64,000 nt of DNA from Desulfobacterales bacterium (GTDB taxonomy: Bacteria > Desulfobacterota > Desulfobacteria > Desulfobacterales > UBA5852): positions 2,739,925 through 2,803,924 of the forward strand of contig CAXXVS010000003.1 in the NCBI GenBank assembly GCA_963674755.2, read 5' to 3'. Below the pieces are notes generated by a model. That model saw only the letters and a program-made list of their open reading frames with translations, was not told the origin of the DNA and did not search any database. The translations under genes and the position numbers were made by a program. Positions 20,387 through 30,140 of the stretch are shown here, one piece after another (position 1 is the first letter of the stretch; each line of letters starts with the position of its first letter).

Positions 20387-20839
20387 ATGCGGCGCGCTGA
20401 AATCATCGGTGCCATTGTCAGTACAATCGTCGGCTTGGCAATCGTTAGCCAGGCCGCACAACTGGAATACTGGATGCCCCTGGGGCCCGGGCCGGGCTTC
20501 GTTCCCCTATGGGCCGGAATCACCATCGCCCTGGCCGGGATCGTTCTCCTTATCCAGGTGCTGCGGTCTCCGCGCAGCCCTGAGGAGCCGCCACCTGAGA
20601 AGGGCCGTTCCGGTATGGTTTGGGTTGCCGCTGCCCTGACGGTGCTCGCTGCCCTGGGCATGAATTTCATCGGCTTTTCAGCGACGTCCTTTCTATTTAT
20701 GGCGGTTCTGATCGGGATCAGCGGCAGTCATCGCTGGACAACGACGATCGGTATCGCCGCAGTCGCCACCGTTGTCTTTTTATTGGTCTTCAAATGGGGA
20801 CTCCAGGTCCCGTTGCCCACTGGTGTTATCGGTATCTAA
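20387..20839 (+). CDS. tctB: Tripartite tricarboxylate transporter small subunit
   Basis: GPGPGFVP motif, C-terminal LQVPLP, hydrophobic. Confidence 0.92.
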   Translation: MRRAEIIGAIVSTIVGLAIVSQAAQLEYWMPLGPGPGFVPLWAGITIALAGIVLLIQVLRSPRSPEEPPPEKGRSGMVWVAAALTVLAALGMNFIGFSATSFLFMAVLIGISGSHRWTTTIGIAAVATVVFLLVFKWGLQVPLPTGVIGI

Positions 20840-20878
20840 GCATTCGAAATGCCGATAAACACGGCAGAAAGATGACAA

Positions 20879-22423
20879 ATGGACTTCTTCTCCTCCCTGT
20901 TCTCAAATCTTGGCATGGGGTTCGGCGTGGCACTCAGTCCGATGAACCTCCTTTTTTGCGGTCTGGGGGTCACGCTGGGCACCTTGCTGGGTGCTCTGCC
21001 GGGAATCGGTGCGGTCACGGGCGTTGCCATTCTCTTGCCGCTCACTTTCGGCATGGACCCCACCACAGCCATCATCATGTTGGCCGGAATCTATTACGGC
21101 GTCATGTACGGCGCCACCATCAGTTCCATCCTGTTGAACACCCCCGGAGACGCCGCGGTCGTCATCAGCGCCATCGAAGGATATCCCATGGCCAAGGCTG
21201 GCCGTGCCGGGGCGGCCTTTTCGATGAACGCTATCGCTTCCTTTATCGGCGGAACCTTCGGGGCGGTGATGCTGAACATCGGCGCCCCTGTGGTCGCCAT
21301 GGCCGCATTGAAGTTCGGACCGCCGGAATATTTCTCACTGATGATCATGGCCATGCTGTCGCTGGCCGGCTTGGCGGGGGATGCACCCGCCAAAGGCATC
21401 ATCATGGGCGCCCTTGGGGTGTTTCTGGCGACGATCGGCGTGGATGTCGTGCATGGTGCCTTGCGATTTACTTACGGCAGCATCGCCATGATGAACGGGA
21501 TCGATTTTCTCCCGGTCGCGATCGGTGTATTCGGGGTTGGCGAAGTCCTGGTGCAGTTTGAAACCCTGCGCGAACAAAATGCCCTGAACGTCAATTTGAA
21601 ACTCAGGGAATTGCTTCCGACCAGCGCGGATTGGGTCCGCTCCCGGTTCGCCATCCTGCGCGGTTCCATCATCGGCTTCGTGATCGGGGTCCTGCCGGGC
21701 GCCGGCGCCACCCTGGCATCCTTCCTTTCCTACGCCACGGAGAGCAAGCTGACCTGCCACAAGGACGAATTGGGCAAAGGGGCCATCGAAGGGCTGGCCG
21801 GTCCCGAGGCGGCCAACAACGCCGCCGCCGCCGGTTCCCTGGTGCCGATGATGACGCTGGGCGTACCGGGCTCCGGCACTACGGCAGTCCTCCTGGGCGC
21901 CTTCATGATGTACGGCATACAGCCCGGTCCGTTGCTCTTCCAGAATCAGCCCAAACTGGCCTGGGGCGTGATCGCCAGCATGTATATCGGCAATGTGATG
22001 CTCGTCGTGTTGAACACGGTGTTTATCCCGGCATTTGTCCGGGTGATGAAGGTGCCCACGACCTTGTTGCTGCCGATCATCCTGGTGCTGTCCGTCGTGG
22101 GAGCCTACAGCCTGCAGAACTCCATGGTGGATGTCTGGATCATGATCGCGGCCGGTATCGGCGGCTACTTCATCAAGAAGTATAAATACCCCGCCGCGAC
22201 CCTGATTCTCGGGCTGGTGCTGGGGCCGCTGGCCGAAGTCAACTTCGTCCGGTCGTTGAGTATATCGCACGGCGAGCTATCGATTTTTTTCACCCGGCCG
22301 ATTTCGATGATTTTACTGGCAGTTGGTGTGCTGAGCATTTTCGCACCGTCGCTCAAGAGTGCCGCCATGAAATGCTGGGACCGTGCGGTCGAGAAATTGG
22401 CCCGGCCCGACAGCTGCGCCTGA
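20879..22423 (+). CDS. tctA: Tripartite tricarboxylate transporter permease
   Basis: [28 protein letters not shown] and LGVPGSG motifs. Confidence 0.96.
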   Translation: MDFFSSLFSNLGMGFGVALSPMNLLFCGLGVTLGTLLGALPGIGAVTGVAILLPLTFGMDPTTAIIMLAGIYYGVMYGATISSILLNTPGDAAVVISAIEGYPMAKAGRAGAAFSMNAIASFIGGTFGAVMLNIGAPVVAMAALKFGPPEYFSLMIMAMLSLAGLAGDAPAKGIIMGALGVFLATIGVDVVHGALRFTYGSIAMMNGIDFLPVAIGVFGVGEVLVQFETLREQNALNVNLKLRELLPTSADWVRSRFAILRGSIIGFVIGVLPGAGATLASFLSYATESKLTCHKDELGKGAIEGLAGPEAANNAAAAGSLVPMMTLGVPGSGTTAVLLGAFMMYGIQPGPLLFQNQPKLAWGVIASMYIGNVMLVVLNTVFIPAFVRVMKVPTTLLLPIILVLSVVGAYSLQNSMVDVWIMIAAGIGGYFIKKYKYPAATLILGLVLGPLAEVNFVRSLSISHGELSIFFTRPISMILLAVGVLSIFAPSLKSAAMKCWDRAVEKLARPDSCA

Positions 22424-22498
22424 GCGCATCGGATTAACAGTGCAATGAATGGTGGGAATGTCTTGGATTCCCGCTGAAGCGTAAAAGGAGAAGGTACG

Positions 22499-23491
22499 TT
22501 GAAAACGAGAAGTGTCTGCCTGACCGGCATCGAGCAGGTGGGGATCCAAACGCGGGATCTGGACATCGCCGAAGATGAAGTCCTCGTCAAAAGCCATATG
22601 AGCGGTATTTGCGGCTCGGACAAAAACCTGTATCAGGGGATCGTTCCGCCCGGCGGTGGATTGAATACGGAAATGCGCAAAGCCTTCGTGTATCCGTTCT
22701 TCATCGGCCACGAGGGCGCCGGGGAAGTGGTTGCCGTTGGAAAAGCGGTGCGGAAGCTGTCCGTCGGTGACCGGGTCATGTCCTTTGGATGGATCGAAAC
22801 CTGCTCCGAGTATTTCAAGGCCCTGGAGGAAGACCTGGAAATCGTGCCCGGCGGATTGGACATGGACCTGGCCAGCCTGGGAGAGCCGACGGCCTGTGCG
22901 GTGTTTTCGGCCCTCAACTCGGGGGTGCAATTGGGCGATGTGGTGGCCGTCGTGGGAATGGGTTTTGCCGGGCAGATCATTGCCCAGGCGGCGAAGAAAA
23001 AGGGCGCTTACCAGACCATCGGGGTCGATGTCGTGGACGGGAAACTGGAACTGGCACGCTCCCTCGGGCTAGACCATGCGATCAACGCCGCCAAGGACGA
23101 TCCCCTGGCGGCTATTCTGGACATCACGGACGGCAAGGGCGCGGACGTTGTCGTTGAAGCGGCCGGTACCCAGGACGCCGTCAATCTCTGCTCTACCGCC
23201 GTTCGCCACAACGGAACCATCGTGTTCTACAGCTGGATTACGCAGGACATCACGGTCAATATTTCGCGCTGGCACAACAACAGCCTGACCGTGGTCAACA
23301 CCGGCCTCGTCCATCACGGCATCCGCCAGCGCAGCATCTGGACGCCCTCGGCCTTGCGGCCCGTCCTTCAAGCGCAACTTAATATTGATGCCCTGATCAC
23401 GCATCGGTTCCCCCTGAGTCAGGCCCAGGAGGCCTTTCGAACGGCAGCCGAGGATTCGTCGGCCATCAAGGTCATGGTGGTTCCCGACTGA
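22499..23491 (+). CDS. Zn-dependent medium-chain dehydrogenase (threonine/sorbitol DH-like, no structural-Zn loop)
   Basis: GICGSD, GHEGAG, GDRV, EP and VVGMGFAG motifs. TTG start after AAGGAG. Confidence 0.9.
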   Translation: MKTRSVCLTGIEQVGIQTRDLDIAEDEVLVKSHMSGICGSDKNLYQGIVPPGGGLNTEMRKAFVYPFFIGHEGAGEVVAVGKAVRKLSVGDRVMSFGWIETCSEYFKALEEDLEIVPGGLDMDLASLGEPTACAVFSALNSGVQLGDVVAVVGMGFAGQIIAQAAKKKGAYQTIGVDVVDGKLELARSLGLDHAINAAKDDPLAAILDITDGKGADVVVEAAGTQDAVNLCSTAVRHNGTIVFYSWITQDITVNISRWHNNSLTVVNTGLVHHGIRQRSIWTPSALRPVLQAQLNIDALITHRFPLSQAQEAFRTAAEDSSAIKVMVVPD

Positions 23492-23645
23492 GCCCGCTTA
23501 GAAAAACCGTACGCCAATGATCGGTTCGTGCAGGACATCGGGAGGTGCCCTGGGCACGAACCTTCAGACCACACGCCCAAGGGCTTCACAGCGTCCGTGT
23601 TCGCCGAGCGCCTTCGGCGGCAACGGTGGCGGAATCCACTCATAA

Positions 23646-24659
23646 ATGAAATCAAGGCCCTCATATTTGCCGGACTGGATCGTTCGGTACTGGTTTTTTC
23701 TGGGCATCGCCCTGGTGGTGCCGGCGGCGCTTGCGATTCCCGAGGCCGGCACCTGGCTGCGACGCTGGCATATTCTGCAGATCGGCATATTCAGCGTATT
23801 TTTGATCACCGGATTGACCATCGAGTTTTCACTCGCCAAGGGCGCCGGGAAGCACTTGACAGCCGTAACGGCTTCGCTCTTCTCTTCGCTGGTGATGTTT
23901 CCCGCGCTGACATGGCTGCTGTCCCGGGGCTTCTTCGCCGGCATGTCCGATTTCATGGTGGGTGCCCTGATCCTGGCCGTCGCGCCGGCGACCATCGCCT
24001 CCGGGGCGGTGATGACCGGCCTCGCCGGCGGCAACATTCCCCTGAGCCTGTTTATCTGCATTGCGGGCAATATCGCCGCCATCTTCACGGTACCGGTTTC
24101 GCTCGATATCCTGATCCATGGGCAAGCGGCGGTTGCCCTGCCGGTGGTCCGGATGATCAGCAATCTGTTCATGATCATCATTGTGCCCATCGCCATCGGG
24201 CAGGTTCTGCGGATGCGCCTGAAAGATTCGCTGGCCCCTTTTCGGAAGGGCTTTTCGGTCTTCTCCCAGTTGGTCGTCCTGATGATCATTTTCAATGCGG
24301 TGACCAGTTCGGCGGCGCGCCTGGGCTCGGCAGGCGCCCAACTTGGATCGCTACTGGCATTTGTGGTTTTGCTGCATGGGATGGTCCTGGCATTGAATTT
24401 TGGAATCTCGCGCTTGATTGGCCTGGACCGTCCGGCCACAGCGGCATTCACCATCCAAACCTCACAAAAGACGCTGACCGTTTCCTACCTCGTGTGGGCC
24501 GGCTATTTTGCCGTCGACTATCCCATGGCGGTGATACCCGCTATCGGCTACCATTTGACTCAGATGGTGGCCGATACGCTCCTGGCCCATCGTTTGCGAA
24601 GTTGGATTGGCAGCCGAGGTACGTCCGCGAACAGCCGCCTGCCGGCGGATACCCGGTAA
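23646..24659 (+). CDS. Bile acid:sodium symporter (BASS/SBF-like) family transporter
   Basis: FLITGL, PATIASG, AGGN, SQKTL and YHLTQM motifs; polytopic membrane protein. Confidence 0.88.
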   Translation: MKSRPSYLPDWIVRYWFFLGIALVVPAALAIPEAGTWLRRWHILQIGIFSVFLITGLTIEFSLAKGAGKHLTAVTASLFSSLVMFPALTWLLSRGFFAGMSDFMVGALILAVAPATIASGAVMTGLAGGNIPLSLFICIAGNIAAIFTVPVSLDILIHGQAAVALPVVRMISNLFMIIIVPIAIGQVLRMRLKDSLAPFRKGFSVFSQLVVLMIIFNAVTSSAARLGSAGAQLGSLLAFVVLLHGMVLALNFGISRLIGLDRPATAAFTIQTSQKTLTVSYLVWAGYFAVDYPMAVIPAIGYHLTQMVADTLLAHRLRSWIGSRGTSANSRLPADTR

Positions 24660-24720
24660 CGCTGTGGCCCGTCCGAGGATTTTAGGTAAAGCAGGGTCGG
24701 GAAAAAGGGATTGGAAGAAA

Positions 24721-26079
24721 ATGACCGAACCTTGGGGAAAAAAGACCGGCGATCAGTTGCAGCGACTGCGCGCGCATGCACGATTCATTTTCGAGGCCGG
24801 CCTCGAAGCAGTGAATCCCCGCACCTGTGTTGAACGCGCGTTGCAGCCGACGATGGCGGTCGGCTTGCAGGCCGCCATGGCCGAAGCGGCCGCGCGCGGT
24901 CGAATCTTCGTGGTCGGCGGAGGGAAAGCATCGGCCCTCATGGCACAGGCGATCGAAGAGCGGTTCGGCAACGGCATCGCCGGCGGTGCGGTGGTGGTCA
25001 AGTACGGCCACGGCGTGCCGCTCAAGCATATCCAGGTGATCGAGGCCGCGCACCCGGTACCTGACCGCGCGGGGCTGGGCGGCGCCGAAGCGGTGCTGGA
25101 TATGGCATATCGGGCGGCGGCCGGTGACCTGCTACTGTGTCTGATATCGGGCGGTGCATCGGCGTTGCTGCCGCTGCCCGCCAGTGGCATCACGCTGGCG
25201 GACAAACAGAAGACGACCTCGCTCCTGCTGGCTGCCGGCAGCACCATCCATGAAATCAATGCCATCCGCAAGCACCTCTCGCGCATCAAAGGCGGCGGCC
25301 TTGCCCTGGCAGCGGCCCCGGCCCGGGTGCTGTCCCTCATCCTGTCGGATGTGGTCGGCGACGATCTCGACGTGATCGGGTCGGGCCTGACCGTGCCGGA
25401 CCGTACCACCTTTGCCGACGGACTCCGGATTCTGGACAAATACGCGCTCCGCGACGCGGTCCCGCCGCCGGTCCGGGAGCGGTTCGTGCAAGGCGCTGCC
25501 GGACGGATCCCCGATACTCCCAAGCCGGGCGCCCCGGATTTTGCAAACGTGGTCAATCAGATCATTGGCAGCAATTTTCTTGCCCTGGAGGCCGCCGCCG
25601 CCAAAGCGGAAGAACTGGGCTATCGCCCGTTGATTCTGTCGTCCATGATCGAGGGCGATGCGCGTCAGGCAGCCCTTTTTATCAGTCGCATCGCCCGCGA
25701 GGTCCGGCGTTCGAGAAACCCGGTCGCGCCTCCGGCCTGCATTTTATGCGGCGGCGAAACCACCGTGAATGTGCAAGGCGGCGGCCTGGGTGGGCGCTGC
25801 ACGGAAATGGCCCTGGCGGCGGCCCTGGATCTGGCCGGTCTGGCCGGAACTGTCATGCTTTGTGCCGGGACCGACGGTACGGACGGGCCCACCGATGCGG
25901 CCGGGGCGTTCGTCGACGGCGCGACCGTCGAACGGGCGGCTGGCCTGGAAATGCGGCCGGCGCCGTATCTGGCCGACAACGACGCTTATCGGTTCTTTCA
26001 TCGGCTGGAAGACCTGCTCGTCACCGGCCCGACACGTACCAATGTCATGGACCTCCAGATCGTGCTCGTCGATGCCTGA
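24721..26079 (+). CDS. Glycerate 2-kinase (TtuD/MOFRL family)
   Basis: VVGGGKAS, AAHPVPD, ISGGASAL, RKHLSRIKGG, GGETTV, GTDGTDG and TGPTRTNVMD motifs. Confidence 0.93.
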   Translation: MTEPWGKKTGDQLQRLRAHARFIFEAGLEAVNPRTCVERALQPTMAVGLQAAMAEAAARGRIFVVGGGKASALMAQAIEERFGNGIAGGAVVVKYGHGVPLKHIQVIEAAHPVPDRAGLGGAEAVLDMAYRAAAGDLLLCLISGGASALLPLPASGITLADKQKTTSLLLAAGSTIHEINAIRKHLSRIKGGGLALAAAPARVLSLILSDVVGDDLDVIGSGLTVPDRTTFADGLRILDKYALRDAVPPPVRERFVQGAAGRIPDTPKPGAPDFANVVNQIIGSNFLALEAAAAKAEELGYRPLILSSMIEGDARQAALFISRIAREVRRSRNPVAPPACILCGGETTVNVQGGGLGGRCTEMALAAALDLAGLAGTVMLCAGTDGTDGPTDAAGAFVDGATVERAAGLEMRPAPYLADNDAYRFFHRLEDLLVTGPTRTNVMDLQIVLVDA

Positions 26080-26261
26080 TGGCCGCGCCCGCGCGGCTGC
26101 AGGCCACCGCCCATGAAGTGATCATGACCGATCTGCACATGTTTGTGTATGGCATTATTGACTCTGTTTGTGTTTGCTTTGCCGTTCTGTGGAAGAGGGG
26201 CTGAACAATTTGGAAAATTGATTTTGTAAACAATCGACTCAACAAGCGAAAGGATCGAAGA

Positions 26262-27119
26262 ATGAAGCAAAAGAAATTGACCCGTTTCGACCTCCAGTCC
26301 ATGAAGGAAAAGGGCGAACCTGTCGCCTGGCTCACCGCCTATGACTTTCCGACGGCGCAACTTGCGGAAGCGGCCGGCCTCGATATGCTCCTGGTCGGGG
26401 ATTCCCTTGGCATGTGCGTCTATGGGTATCCGGGAACGGTCGGCGTAACCATGGACCAATGCCTGTGCCATTGCGAGGCGGTACGGCGCGCCGCGCCGAA
26501 CACCTTTATTATCGGCGACATGCCTTTTCTTTCCTACCAGACCAGTGTTCCCGATGCCGTGACCAACGCCGGCATGTTTCATAAAAAGGCCAACGTCGAT
26601 GCCATCAAACTCGAAGGTGGGCGCCGGGTTTGCCCCCAGATTCAGGCCATTTCAGACGGCGGCATGCTCGTTATGGGGCATATTGGGCTCACGCCCCAGA
26701 GTTCCGGGCAATTGGGCGGATTCAAAGCCCAGGGGAGAACCATGGAGACCGCCCGGGAACTGATCGAGGATGCCAAGGCCATCCAGTCGGCCGGCGCATT
26801 TGCCCTGCTGGTGGAGGCGGTGCCGCCGGAAGTCTGCCGCATCATTCGGGACACCCTCACCATACCGGTCTACAGTATCGGCGCCGGCGTGGAAGCGGAC
26901 GGACAATTGATGATCGTCAGCGATCTTCTGGGGGTATTCCAGGCCTTCACTCCCAAATTCGTTAAAAAATACGCGGATGTCGCCGGTGTGATGACCGATG
27001 CTTTTGCGGCGTATGTCAAAGATGTCCGCGATCGCTCGTTTCCCGCGGCCGAACACACCTACCGAATGGTGGCGGGTGAACTGGAGAAACTCGATTCCTG
27101 CCTGAAAACGAATCAATAG
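26262..27119 (+). CDS. panB: 3-methyl-2-oxobutanoate hydroxymethyltransferase (or a paralog)
   Basis: LTAYD, LLVGDSLG, DMPFLSY, KLEGG, MGHIGLTPQ, IGAG and PKFVKKY motifs. Confidence 0.93.
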   Translation: MKQKKLTRFDLQSMKEKGEPVAWLTAYDFPTAQLAEAAGLDMLLVGDSLGMCVYGYPGTVGVTMDQCLCHCEAVRRAAPNTFIIGDMPFLSYQTSVPDAVTNAGMFHKKANVDAIKLEGGRRVCPQIQAISDGGMLVMGHIGLTPQSSGQLGGFKAQGRTMETARELIEDAKAIQSAGAFALLVEAVPPEVCRIIRDTLTIPVYSIGAGVEADGQLMIVSDLLGVFQAFTPKFVKKYADVAGVMTDAFAAYVKDVRDRSFPAAEHTYRMVAGELEKLDSCLKTNQ

Positions 27120-27132
27120 AAAGGTACGATTA

Positions 27133-27894
27133 ATGTTAATTGACGCAGAAAAGTGCATTGGCTGTGGCAATTGTGTTGCCTATTGTCCGGTTGAAGCGAT
27201 CAGCCTCAGCAAGCGACCTGAGCCGCAAAGCGCAAAAGGGAAGGATCGCCTGGCGGTCATCGATCTTGAAGAATGCGCTGAATGCGGCGTCTGCCTGCGG
27301 TCCGCCAAATGTCCGACCGACGCCATCTACCAGCAACCGCTGGTCTATCCGCGAACCGTCCGCAGCCTGATGAGCGACGTGTTGACCATTGCCGAGGAGT
27401 CTCAGATTTCCGGCCGGGGCACCGAAGAGATGAAGACCAATGAGGTGACCGGCCGGTTCAAGCCCGGAATCGTCGGTGTGGCCATCGAGGTCGGACGACC
27501 CATAACGGGCACACGCATGGTCGACGTGGAAAAGATCGCCATGGCGGTCTGCGCCCTGAATGTCGATTTTGAGTCGTGCAATCCGGTGACCAGCATGATG
27601 ACCGATCCCCGGCGCGGAAAGTTCAGGGACGATCTGCTCAATGAGAAGGTGCTCTCCGCCATCCTTGAGTTTGCCGTGAAGCTGGAACAGCTGCCCGAAT
27701 TGTTTTCAATCTTGAAAAAAGTGGAAAAGGAGATCGATTCGGTCTTCAGTCTCGATCTTGCCTGCCGGCTGGATGCGGACGGCTCCAATCCCACGCGGCC
27801 TTATATCGCAGACGCCGGACTCTGGGTCGCGCCGAATGGGAAAACCAATGTCGGTCTGGGACGGCCGCTACTCGTGGAGGATGAACAGAGATGA
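27133..27894 (+). CDS. 2x[4Fe-4S] ferredoxin-domain protein with uncharacterised C-terminal domain (copy 2)
   Basis: CIGCGNCVAYCP and CAECGVCLRSAKCP. Paralog of 10837..11559. Confidence 0.88.
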   Translation: MLIDAEKCIGCGNCVAYCPVEAISLSKRPEPQSAKGKDRLAVIDLEECAECGVCLRSAKCPTDAIYQQPLVYPRTVRSLMSDVLTIAEESQISGRGTEEMKTNEVTGRFKPGIVGVAIEVGRPITGTRMVDVEKIAMAVCALNVDFESCNPVTSMMTDPRRGKFRDDLLNEKVLSAILEFAVKLEQLPELFSILKKVEKEIDSVFSLDLACRLDADGSNPTRPYIADAGLWVAPNGKTNVGLGRPLLVEDEQR

Positions 27895-28523
27895 CCCATA
27901 CACTGCATCGATTGGGCACGGATGAAAGTATACTGAAACAAGACTTTGTAATGCTGGCGATGCCGTCCAAGGATATCAACCATGTCGGATCCGCGCCGAA
28001 ACTGAGACGCTTTTTTGAAATTGCCTTGGAAGCGGGTGCGATAAAAATAGGCGATTGTCGTAGCGGCAATGAGTACTATCAGGGCGGTGTCGATAAGATT
28101 CTGGAAAATGTCGAAGACCGTGCCGTCATCCACGCTGTTTTCAAGGACAAAGACGCGGTTATTGCCGCGTTGAAGCAGTTGAAAAAAGAAGATCTGGGAA
28201 TGTCGATCGTGGTTTCCGGACTTTTCAGTGAGGTCGACACGATCTGCCAATGCGCCGACCTAAAGCCGCACACGATTAACCAGTCGCTGGGGCGCTGGGG
28301 CAAAACGGATAAACTGCCCCAAACCGAGATCGTTGAAATTCAAACGATGTGCGGCCATGGAATGGTTTCGGTCAATCTTATCAACAAGGCCGTGGATCGG
28401 ATCAAGGCCGGTAAGACAACGCCTGAAAAAGCGGCCGAAACGCTTTTCAAACCCTGCATGTGCGGCATTTTCAATCCCCACCGGGCCGCATTGTTGCTCC
28501 GGTCGCTCGCTTCGGGGGAATGA
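27891..28523 (+). CDS. Conserved hypothetical protein with MCGHGM and CxCGIFN motifs (copy 2)
   Basis: ATGA overlap with the upstream gene. Paralog of 10203..10832. Confidence 0.87.
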   Translation: MTHTLHRLGTDESILKQDFVMLAMPSKDINHVGSAPKLRRFFEIALEAGAIKIGDCRSGNEYYQGGVDKILENVEDRAVIHAVFKDKDAVIAALKQLKKEDLGMSIVVSGLFSEVDTICQCADLKPHTINQSLGRWGKTDKLPQTEIVEIQTMCGHGMVSVNLINKAVDRIKAGKTTPEKAAETLFKPCMCGIFNPHRAALLLRSLASGE

Positions 28524-28569
28524 GAAGAACATTTTGCCGTCGTAGCATGTAACGCTAAAATCTGACCTC

Positions 28570-28700
28570 GAATTTTGCTCCCGCTGCTTGCCGCGGCGGG
28601 ATCAGAATTCCGCTGATCCGTGCAAAGCGCCAGGCAGAGGCTGGAGGTCGGAGCCGGAATTCCTAAGTCCCCGGCAGCTTGCTGCCGGGATTGGAATTCC
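28570..28700. repeat. Pair of related GC-rich hairpins (REP/MITE-like)
   Basis: 28570-28610 GAATTTTGCTCCCGCTGC-TTGCC-GCGGCGGGATCAGAATTC and 28656-28700 GGAATTCC...CCCGGCAGC-TT-GCTGCCGGG...GGAATTCC. Confidence 0.5.
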
Positions 28701-28790
28701 AGTGTTTTGCTGCTTTAGTCGTCGCGCGGACCCCCCGCCGGATCCCCTAAGCGCTTTATCCTCAACGTTAAATTACCGACAACCAGTCGC

Positions 28791-28925
28791 AAAACTTGTC
28801 GACCCCCTTTGTCAGGATTTTCTGCCAAACCCTTCCCGGATGATAACCGCCTAAAAAAGCGGCCACCCCTTGAGGTGTACCGCTTTGTTGTTAAACTTGA
28901 TGGAGGGTTGGAGCGAGCGGATTTC
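28791..28925. repeat. Degenerate direct repeat of the tRNA-Pro 3' end, terminator and flank (att-like scar)
   Basis: AAAAAAGCGGCCACCCCTTGAGGTG is identical at 28853-28877 and 33399-33423, with weaker similarity on both sides. Confidence 0.8.
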
Positions 28926-28961
28926 GCTTGCTGAACGGTCGTTTAACGATGGAGGTCTTTC

Positions 28962-30140
28962 ATGAATGCTGCCTCATCAACGGTAATTGAAACCAAAATC
29001 AATGCCTTTCAGAAAATCCATGCCGAGTTTAAAGACATTTTAAAGCACGAGAAGTGTCGTACCTGTTCATGCCTGCATGCCGACGTGCTGAATATTCTTC
29101 TCGAAAAGATCAGGACATTTCGAAAAAGCGAAGCGGATCGTCGTTTGGTCGTGATCGAAAATGATTTCGAGCGCTGGGCCAATGATGCCGACATGTTGAA
29201 GATGCATGGCTGACTGGGGTGCCGCCCCTGTCTGCCGGTTCCGGCATACAACACCTTCAACGCGCTATTTGATGGCCTCAATGGGGAAGCTTATGCGCCC
29301 GCTCCGCCCTTGCGGACCGAGCGAATCCGGCCGGATGAATTTGCGGCCGATAACTGGCCGGTGCAGCCCGGGGATTATGTCGTGTTAAATCCCAAAAAAT
29401 CGGCGGCCATAGCTGTATTGGGAGGCGTCGATTTCGATGGGCCGGCATCGGGCTTGGTTGGATCCGAGATCGCCATCATGGGCGGCATCACCACGGAAAA
29501 CCTGGGTGTGGAGCACCTTGTCAAAAACATCATCGCGAATCCCTTCATCCGCCATCTGGTGATATGGGGCGAGGATGTGGACGGTCATCGGCCCGGCGAT
29601 GCGCTGCTTTGCTTGTCACACAACGGCATTGATAAGCCCGGGAGAATCATCGGTGCCCATGGGGCCAGGCCGGTCTTGAAGAACATCACGGACCAAGAGG
29701 TTGCCCATTTCAGGCGGCAGATTACGATTGTTGATTTGATCGGCAGGAAAGAAGTGGACGACCTGACCGGACAGTTTGCCGCGTTGCGGCGCCGGCCGGT
29801 CCAACCTTACGAGGCCGGCCTCAAAGTCGACTCGGTCGAGATCCGGAGGGCCGCGCCCGCCCGGCGCCTGAAACTCGATCCGAACGGCTATTTTGTCGTC
29901 ATGGTGATGAAGAACAGGGAACATCCTTTGCTGGTGGAACATTACGGCAACGACGGCATTCTCCGAAACCTGATCGAAGGCAAGGATGCCGCGAGTATCT
30001 GTGCCACATTGATTGAGAAGAACCTTCTCTCCCAACTGGACCATGCGGCTTACCTGGGCCGGGAGCTGGCCAAAGCCGAGCTGTCCATCCACATGCAATC
30101 CCGCTATACGCAGGACCGGGCGCAGGGCGAATTGCTTTAA
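28962..30140 (+). CDS. Predicted selenoprotein (392 aa, Sec84): Cys/Sec-rich N-domain + MtrA-like corrinoid-binding domain + DUF4346-like domain
   Basis: ORFs 28962..29213 and 29310..30140 are in one frame, separated only by TGA 29211-29213. Read-through gives HG-U-LGCRPCLP. GGAGG RBS at 28951. MtrA-like TENLGVE/IIANPFIR/GH/NGID..GRIIGA.GA motifs and DUF4346-like LDPNGYF...HAAYLGRELAKAE. Confidence 0.82.
29218..29255 (+). promoter_or_regulatory. Bacterial SECIS-like hairpin
   Basis: TGT-C-TGCCG-[GTTC]-CGGCA-T-ACA (29229-29250), apical loop starting with G 24 nt after the UGA, plus possible GGTG/CACC lower pairing. Confidence 0.65.

Noticed and set aside
26079..26204. 41-codon ORF overlapping the glycerate kinase stop (similar case at 4445..4615 after pgi)
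   Set aside because: No RBS or family motif; cannot be supported.
29206..29388. 60 aa ORF bridging the two halves of the MtrA-like gene, suggesting a frameshift
   Set aside because: The halves are already in the same frame, so a single UGA read-through explains them.
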